Assembly: GCA_021157665.1 (NCBI GenBank)
Contig: JAGGWE010000171.1
Coordinates: 1 to 47,075, forward strand
Direction of reading: 5' to 3'
DNA from: Sulfurimonas sp.
GTDB lineage: Bacteria; Campylobacterota; Campylobacteria; Campylobacterales; Sulfurimonadaceae
Length of the DNA stretch: 47,075 nucleotides
Of the stretch, positions 39,839-47,075 are shown piece by piece. The notes under the pieces were generated by a model, which made no database searches, was not told the DNA's origin, and was given only the letters and a program-made list of their open reading frames with translations. The position numbers and the translations under genes are program-made. Each line of letters begins with the position of its first letter. The first letter of the stretch is position 1.

Positions 39839-40081
39839 TTATAAGCCTTGTATAAAATAATCTGCCATATTTTCAAGAGTATCTACTTTTGAGTAGTCTG
39901 CTTCTGGCACTTCAACGCCAAGTTCCTCATTCATTGCTGTAAGTATTTTTAAAAAATCAAATGAATCAATCTCTAAAGAACGCTGTATATTTTCATTCTC
40001 TTCAATCTCATCCTCTTCAATATCTGGTGCAATCTCTAAAATAGTTTTAATTATTATATTTTTAATTTCATCTTTTGTCAT
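39839..40081 (-). CDS. Acyl carrier protein
   Basis: Acidic 80-aa protein with LEIDSFDF phosphopantetheine serine motif. Overlaps the E2 stop codon. Confidence 0.88.
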   Translation of the reverse strand: MTKDEIKNIIIKTILEIAPDIEEDEIEENENIQRSLEIDSFDFLKILTAMNEELGVEVPEADYSKVDTLENMADYFIQGL

Positions 40082-41226
40082 ACTAACTCCTCTGGTTTTT
40101 GTAAAAATTGATTTAGTTTATCTAAAAACTGTGCCCCTATTCGCCCATCAGTTGCACGGTGATCTCCAGCTATTGTAGCCTGCATAACTTTTCTCACACA
40201 TAAAGTATCACCCTCAGCCCAAGGAGAATCAACAATAGCCCCAAGCCCAACAACAGCCAGTTGAGGAGGATAAATAACTCCATAAACAGATTCTACTCCT
40301 AAATCACCTAAATTTGTAATAGTAATAGTCTGCTTAGTCATCTCACTAGCACGAAGCTTACCTGTTCGTGTTCTTGATATTAAATCACTTAAAGAGTTCA
40401 TTGTATCATTTAAACCTAAGTTTTGTGCATCTAAAAGAGCAGGAGTCATTAAACCACCTTTCCTCAGTGCTATGGCGATACCAGGATGAATCTCTTGACT
40501 TATCTGATGTTCATCATCTAACCAAAAACCATTTAACTGAGGAGTCTCTTTAAGAGAGAGTACAACTCCACGAATTAAAATTGCAACAGGTAAAATTCTC
40601 TCTTTTATACTACGCTCTTTATTTAACTCTGCTAAGTAGTTTAATGCTGGTGTCATGTTGATTGAAGTAGATAAATAATAGTGTGGTATTTCAGAATTAG
40701 ACTTACTCATTGCCGCTGCAATAGCTTGACGCATACCATTTTTTTCTTTTTTTACTTTTTCTTTTTTTTCAGGTATTTTACTTATTGTTTTAGACATAGC
40801 TTCAACTTGGCTAAGATGTATAACACCATTTATAGGTTCAATTTTAGTTAAATCTACACCTAACTCATCTGCCTTTTTACGAGCAATAGGAGATATTTTT
40901 AGACGCTCATTTTCAGTCTCTACAACTAACTCTTTTTGAGACTCCACAATTTTTTCTTCACTCTCCACTTTCACTTGAGAAACCTCTTCACTATCAGAAT
41001 TAATAATTGCAAGAACCACACCCACTTTACATTCAGTTTCCTCTTCTACCAAAAGCTTTTCAATTACACCATCTTCAAAAACTTCTATCTCTATAACACC
41101 CTTACTAGTTTCAACCTCAGCTATAACCTGACCTTTAGTAACTCTATCACCCTCTTTAACCAGCCACTCCATTAAAATAGCTGATTCCATATCTGCACCT
41201 AAACTAGGCATTAAAAACTGACTCAT
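40078..41226 (-). CDS. pdhC: 2-oxoacid dehydrogenase E2 (dihydrolipoamide acyltransferase)
   Basis: Lipoyl domain EVETSKG, peripheral subunit-binding ISPIARK, catalytic DHRATDG. Confidence 0.88.
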   Translation of the reverse strand: MSQFLMPSLGADMESAILMEWLVKEGDRVTKGQVIAEVETSKGVIEIEVFEDGVIEKLLVEEETECKVGVVLAIINSDSEEVSQVKVESEEKIVESQKELVVETENERLKISPIARKKADELGVDLTKIEPINGVIHLSQVEAMSKTISKIPEKKEKVKKEKNGMRQAIAAAMSKSNSEIPHYYLSTSINMTPALNYLAELNKERSIKERILPVAILIRGVVLSLKETPQLNGFWLDDEHQISQEIHPGIAIALRKGGLMTPALLDAQNLGLNDTMNSLSDLISRTRTGKLRASEMTKQTITITNLGDLGVESVYGVIYPPQLAVVGLGAIVDSPWAEGDTLCVRKVMQATIAGDHRATDGRIGAQFLDKLNQFLQKPEELV

Positions 41227-42206
41227 GATACACCCATCACTTTTTTTACCACATCTACAATCTTCTTGGCATGTGGCAGTGCCTCATCTTCAAGATGTTT
41301 AGCAAAGGGAAGAGGCACTTCCACGGTGCATACTCTAGCCATAGGAGTATCTAACTCATAAAAAGCCTGTTCATTTATACGAGCCATTATTTCAGCAGAA
41401 ATACTTCCAGACTTCCAACCCTCATCAACTATAATAACTTTATGCGTTTTTTTAATAGATTTCATAATAGTTTCATCATCTAAAGGACGAAGAGAACGAA
41501 GGTCAATAACCTCAACTGCTATCCCCTCTTTTTCCAAACTCTCAACGGCTTCCAGTACCTTAAAAAGATTTATTCCATATGTTAAAATAGTTATATCTTT
41601 ACCCTCTTTATATACTTGTGCTTTTCCAATAGCCAAAGGTGTAACTTTAGTATCAAGAGAACCTTTAGAGTTATACAAAAGTGAGTTTTCAAAAATAAGT
41701 ACGGGATCTGGATCAGCCAATGCAAGAGTAAGCATATCATAAGCATCTTGAACAGTAGCAGGAGTTAAAACCTTTAGTCCTGGGATATGAGCAAACCATC
41801 CCTCTAAGGAGTGGGAATGTTGAGCCCCTAACTGTTTACCACCACCAGTTGCCATACGAATAACTAAGGGTACATTAAACTGTCCACCAGACATATAAAG
41901 CAAGGTTGCGGCATTATTCATAATTTGATCTAGTGCTAAAAGACTAAAATTTACAGTCATAATCTCCACAATAGGTCGCATACCATTCATAGCCGCACCA
42001 ATTCCTGCACCTGTAAAAGCTGATTCACTAAGTGGTGTATCGATTATCCGTTTATCTGTAAATTCATCTAAAAGTCCTTTACTTACAGCAAAACAACCAC
42101 CATAATGTCCAACATCTTCACCCATTAAAAATACTCGTTCATCTTCTTGCATAGCTTTACGGATAGATTCTCGTACAGCTTCACGATATGTAATAATATT
42201 ATCCAT
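41223..42206 (-). CDS. pdhB: Pyruvate dehydrogenase-type E1 beta subunit
   Basis: MGEDVG, DTPLSE, GAQHSHS and [10 protein letters not shown] motifs. Confidence 0.9.
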   Translation of the reverse strand: MDNIITYREAVRESIRKAMQEDERVFLMGEDVGHYGGCFAVSKGLLDEFTDKRIIDTPLSESAFTGAGIGAAMNGMRPIVEIMTVNFSLLALDQIMNNAATLLYMSGGQFNVPLVIRMATGGGKQLGAQHSHSLEGWFAHIPGLKVLTPATVQDAYDMLTLALADPDPVLIFENSLLYNSKGSLDTKVTPLAIGKAQVYKEGKDITILTYGINLFKVLEAVESLEKEGIAVEVIDLRSLRPLDDETIMKSIKKTHKVIIVDEGWKSGSISAEIMARINEQAFYELDTPMARVCTVEVPLPFAKHLEDEALPHAKKIVDVVKKVMGVS

Positions 42207-43173
42207 GATTCACCTCCGAGTAAACAAATTTTTCTAAATCTTTTATAGGTTCAAGTGTACCATTCTCAGCAAACTCTACTGCCTCATCAATAACACTAGC
42301 TATCTCATTCTCAATCTCTTGTACATCTATCTCTGACCAAAGTCCCATCTCTTTGAGTTTTTCTTCAAACACAACTAAAGGACCTTTTTCTTTCCACTCT
42401 TTAACCTCTGCCTTTTCACGGTAAAGTTCAGCATCAAACATAGAGTGAGCACGAAAACGGTAAGTAAGACACTCTAAAAATATAGGTTCACCATTTTCAC
42501 GAATATCCTCAACAGCTCTTTTAGAGGCTTTTGCTACATCTATAACGCTCATCCCATCTACCTGTTTTGAGTGAATCTTATATGAAGCTGCTTTTTTATA
42601 TATCTCAGTTTCAGATTCGGTTAGCTTTAAAGCTGTTCCCATAGCATAACGATTATTTTCACAAACAAAAAGAATAGGAAGTTTCCACAAAGCAGCCAAG
42701 TTCAAAGACTCATGAAATTCACCCTCAGCCACAGCACCATCACCAAAGATACAAACAGTTACACGATTTTTATTTTGCATCTTATCTGCAAGTGCCATTC
42801 CAACTGCTAAAGGTAAAGCACCAGCAACTATGGCACTACCACCATAAAAGCGTGTCTTAGCATCAAAAAGGTGCATAGAACCACCTCGTCCTCTTGAACA
42901 CCCTTCCATCTTGCCAAATAACTCTGCCATAATACTTTTTGCACTTATTCCACGAGCAAGTGCTTGACCATGTTCACGATAAGTAGCCAAAACTGCATCA
43001 TCTTCACTTAGTGCATTCATAACTCCAACAGCTATAGCCTCTTCTCCTATATAAAGATGTAAAAAACCACCAATCTTTTGTTTAGAATAAAGTTCAATAC
43101 ACTTCTCTTCAAATCGCCTAATCAAAAGCATCTGATAGTAAAACTCTTTAGCTTTAGTTAAATTAAGTTCCAT
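42199..43173 (-). CDS. pdhA: Pyruvate dehydrogenase-type E1 alpha subunit
   Basis: [21 protein letters not shown] motif GDGA...ENN and YRFRAHS. Confidence 0.9.
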   Translation of the reverse strand: MELNLTKAKEFYYQMLLIRRFEEKCIELYSKQKIGGFLHLYIGEEAIAVGVMNALSEDDAVLATYREHGQALARGISAKSIMAELFGKMEGCSRGRGGSMHLFDAKTRFYGGSAIVAGALPLAVGMALADKMQNKNRVTVCIFGDGAVAEGEFHESLNLAALWKLPILFVCENNRYAMGTALKLTESETEIYKKAASYKIHSKQVDGMSVIDVAKASKRAVEDIRENGEPIFLECLTYRFRAHSMFDAELYREKAEVKEWKEKGPLVVFEEKLKEMGLWSEIDVQEIENEIASVIDEAVEFAENGTLEPIKDLEKFVYSEVNHG

Positions 43174-43184
43174 AAAAAACTCCT

Positions 43185-44936
43185 CTAATCTTCGAGTGTT
43201 GAAGTATCACCCTCAGGCAACCCCATCTCTCTTGCTTTTAATAAACGACGCATAATTTTTCCACTTCTTGTTTTTGGTAAATTATCTTGAAATTCTATCT
43301 CTTTTGGTGCTACGGCAACACCTAGTTTTTTACGCCCAAAACCGATAAGTTCTCGCTTTAACTCATCACTAGGCTCATATCCAGCTTTTAATGATATAAA
43401 AGCTTTTACCAACTGACCTATCATCTCATCAGGTTTACCTATTACTCCAGCTTCTGCAACTGCTGGATGCTCCATAAGAGTGCTTTCAACCTCAAAAGGA
43501 CCAACCATATGTCCAGATGTTTTGATAATATCGTCAGCTCGTCCAACAAACCAAAAATATCCATCTTCATCTTTGTACGCCAAATCACCAGAGATGTACC
43601 AATCTCCCACAAAACATTTATCATATTTTTCTTGTGCATGAAGATAAGCTCGAAACAAAGATGGAAATCCAACTTTTATAGCTAAGTCTCCCTCTTTATT
43701 TGGCTCCGTGATTTCTGTAACAGTTCCATCTTCATTTTGACGAATAATTCCAGTCTCAATGCCAGGAAGTGGTCTACCCATAGAACCGGGACGAATAGTT
43801 TGAGAGATAAGATTTGATATCATAATCCCACCTGTTTCAGTTTGCCACCAGTTATCATGGATAGGTAATTTTAGTTTTTTCTCTCCCCAAATAACAGCTT
43901 CAGGATTTAACGGTTCACCAACACTTTGAATAAGACGAAGAGAAGAGAGGTCATACTCTTTTGTAGGCTCACTATCTATCCTCATAAGACGACGAATTGC
44001 TGTAGGTGCTGTGTACCAAACACTTACCTTTTCACCTTGAAGTATTTTATACCAACGAACTGCATCAAATTCACCCTCATCTACAATGTTCGTAACTCCA
44101 TGAATCCACGGGGTAATGATTCCATATGAAGTTCCAGTAACCCATCCAGGATCTGCTGTACACCAGTAAATATCATCTGGATGTAAGTCTAAGACATATT
44201 TACCTGTCATATAGTGAGTATATACCGCTTTATGTACATGAACAACACCTTTTGGCATTCCAGTTGTACCACTTGTAAAATGTAATATAGACATATCTTC
44301 AGCTTCTGTATGTAGAATTTCAAATATATCTGAAGCCTCATCCATCAAAGAAGAAAATGAGAGCACTTTTTCATTCTCATGTTCATCAGAGTCAAGAAGT
44401 AATATAAAACGAAGTTCTGGAAGTTTATCTAGTATGGGAATAATTTTCTTTTTATATAGTCTTTTTGTAGTGAGCAGAACTTTCGCATCACCCCTTTGCA
44501 TACGCTGTAATATAGGTTCAGGACCAAACTGAGAAAAAAGAGGACAAACAACATTTTGATTTTTTAATATCCCTATAACAGAGATGTAAAGTTCTGGCAA
44601 ACGGGGTGAGAGAGTAAAAACTCTCTCACCTTTTGAAATACCTAATTTTTTTAAAACATTGGCAAACTTTGCTGTTTCTTTTTTCATTTTAGCAAATGTA
44701 TAAGTTTTTCGTTCACCATTTTGACCTAACCACAACAAGGCAGTTTTATCTGCTAACTTGCTATTCGCATGACGGTCAATAGCTTCATGAGCAATATTCA
44801 AACCACCCGACGGCAACCCATCAAGTCCACATGCCATATCATCCCAACTAAACCTCTGATATTCTTTATCATAATCTATTAAGTTTGGCTCAACAATAAA
44901 ATCATCTACATTTTTTTCTATCCACTTCTCATTCAT
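43185..44936 (-). CDS. acsA: Acetate--CoA ligase / AMP-forming acyl ligase
   Basis: [29 protein letters not shown] and [12 protein letters not shown] motifs. Confidence 0.88.
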   Translation of the reverse strand: MNEKWIEKNVDDFIVEPNLIDYDKEYQRFSWDDMACGLDGLPSGGLNIAHEAIDRHANSKLADKTALLWLGQNGERKTYTFAKMKKETAKFANVLKKLGISKGERVFTLSPRLPELYISVIGILKNQNVVCPLFSQFGPEPILQRMQRGDAKVLLTTKRLYKKKIIPILDKLPELRFILLLDSDEHENEKVLSFSSLMDEASDIFEILHTEAEDMSILHFTSGTTGMPKGVVHVHKAVYTHYMTGKYVLDLHPDDIYWCTADPGWVTGTSYGIITPWIHGVTNIVDEGEFDAVRWYKILQGEKVSVWYTAPTAIRRLMRIDSEPTKEYDLSSLRLIQSVGEPLNPEAVIWGEKKLKLPIHDNWWQTETGGIMISNLISQTIRPGSMGRPLPGIETGIIRQNEDGTVTEITEPNKEGDLAIKVGFPSLFRAYLHAQEKYDKCFVGDWYISGDLAYKDEDGYFWFVGRADDIIKTSGHMVGPFEVESTLMEHPAVAEAGVIGKPDEMIGQLVKAFISLKAGYEPSDELKRELIGFGRKKLGVAVAPKEIEFQDNLPKTRSGKIMRRLLKAREMGLPEGDTSTLED

Positions 44937-44981
44937 CTCACACCCTTTTAAAAGTCCGTTACAGTTTTTAAGCTTTCAAGC

Positions 44982-45018
44982 ATAATAACATATAATATAA
45001 TAAGTTAAGATTAGTTTC
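44982..45018 (-). promoter_or_regulatory. Promoter/operator block, copy 2 (upstream of acsA)
   Basis: 33/37 identical to 39123-39159. Minus strand contains TGTTATTAT (extended -10-like). Confidence 0.65.
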
Positions 45019-45150
45019 ACCACTGATTCATACAGAATATGGATGCGATGGCTTGCTTTCGCCTTGTGCTTTTATTCTGTATATCTCTGCCGAAGGCAAG
45101 CCATCGGTTCCTATATGCCTTAAGCTAATTATTTGTATGAATCAGCCGTG
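45018..45150. mobile_element. MITE-like palindromic element, 133 bp
   Basis: Termini CACcaCTGATTCATACA / TGTATGAATCAGccGTG, inner inverted repeat CGATGGCTTGCtTTCG / CGAAgGCAAGCCATCG, and AGTTT direct repeat on both flanks (45013-45017 and 45151-45155). Confidence 0.7.
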
Positions 45151-45212
45151 AGTTTAGTTCTATTTTTTATTTTTAGATGTTATAATTATTTCTAAAATAA
45201 AAGGAGTCACTC

Positions 45213-45981
45213 ATCATTCCTAAAACATGGAGACTAATTGATACTAATCTTGGAACTGCTGAGTATAATATGGCAGTTGATGAAGCACTTTTAAGTAATT
45301 TTAAAGATAAAGACTTGCCTATACTTCGACTTTACAGATGGGAACCCTCACTTAGTCTTGGACGATTTTCAAATCTCTATGATACTCTTGATTTAAATAC
45401 TCTTGAAAAACAAAACATCCCTTTTGTTCGTCGTATGACTGGTGGTGGTATTTTAATTCATGGTGGAGATTTATCTTACTCTATTGTATTACCCAAAAAT
45501 AGTTTAAAAGGGATAGGAGTAAAAAAAAGTTATCGTTATCTATGTGAGTTTCTTATACATCTTTACAAAAAGTTAAATCTCCATGCTAAATTTGCCAATG
45601 ATTTAGAACTTCATATATCAAAATCAAATATTTGCATGAAAGCTAATGAGCCTTATGACATCATTATAAACTCTAAAAAAATTGGTGGTAATGCTCAACG
45701 ATATACTAAAGAAACACTGTTTCAACATGGTAGTATCCCTATTAACCTAGATACAAAACTTTTTAAAAATATTTTTTTAGAAGATATAGATTTAAAAAAC
45801 TTAACTACTTTAAATAAAATTGGTAAAAATATAACATATAAAGAACTTTCTAATATACTAGTTGAATCATTTGCTCAAAGTTTTAATATTAAACTTGTTA
45901 ATGATACACTTAACAAAATAGAACTGCAAAATGTAGATAAACTTTTAATTTGTAAATATAACACCAAAGAATGGAATATAA

Positions 45982-45992
<11 letters not shown>
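45213..45992 (+). CDS. Lipoate-protein ligase / octanoyltransferase (LplA/LipM family)
   Basis: NMAVDEALL, LRLYRW, VRRMTGGG, KIGGNAQ and QHGSI motifs. The conserved WRLIDT N-terminus lies upstream of ATG 45270, so the start is uncertain (45213 or 45216). Confidence 0.85.

Positions 45993-47075
<1,083 letters not shown>

Overview
AT-rich (about 30% GC by eye) chromosomal window from a Campylobacterota bacterium, most likely Sulfurimonas-like (inferred from the rpsO-Rrf2-flhA-DHH and amiA-fabX-tyrS-spoT-rpoZ-pyrH gene orders). It contains an SsuA/TauA-type ABC transporter with modD and modABC, gltBD, the housekeeping blocks above, decayed assimilatory nitrate reductase and NarK-type transporter genes, an RlmI-type methyltransferase, a two-gene YbjN-like/cytoplasmic trypsin module with oligopeptidase A and a nuclease, an IS110 element, an AmmeMemoRadiSam radical SAM gene, and an acs-E1alpha-E1beta-E2-ACP cluster with divergent lipoylation genes and lpdA. 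Four observations stand out. (1) The IS110 element lies on the minus strand (the ORF track mislabels it +) and carries an upstream bridge-RNA-like region whose four guide segments match its own ends and the REP it inserted into. (2) The 9-mer GGCATGTGG occurs at least 12 times versus about 0.05 expected. (3) A 37-bp promoter block is duplicated upstream of the radical SAM gene and the acs-PDH-ACP operon. (4) Two MITE-like palindromes and a probable non-AUG start are present. All calls come from reading motifs by eye; no database searches were run.
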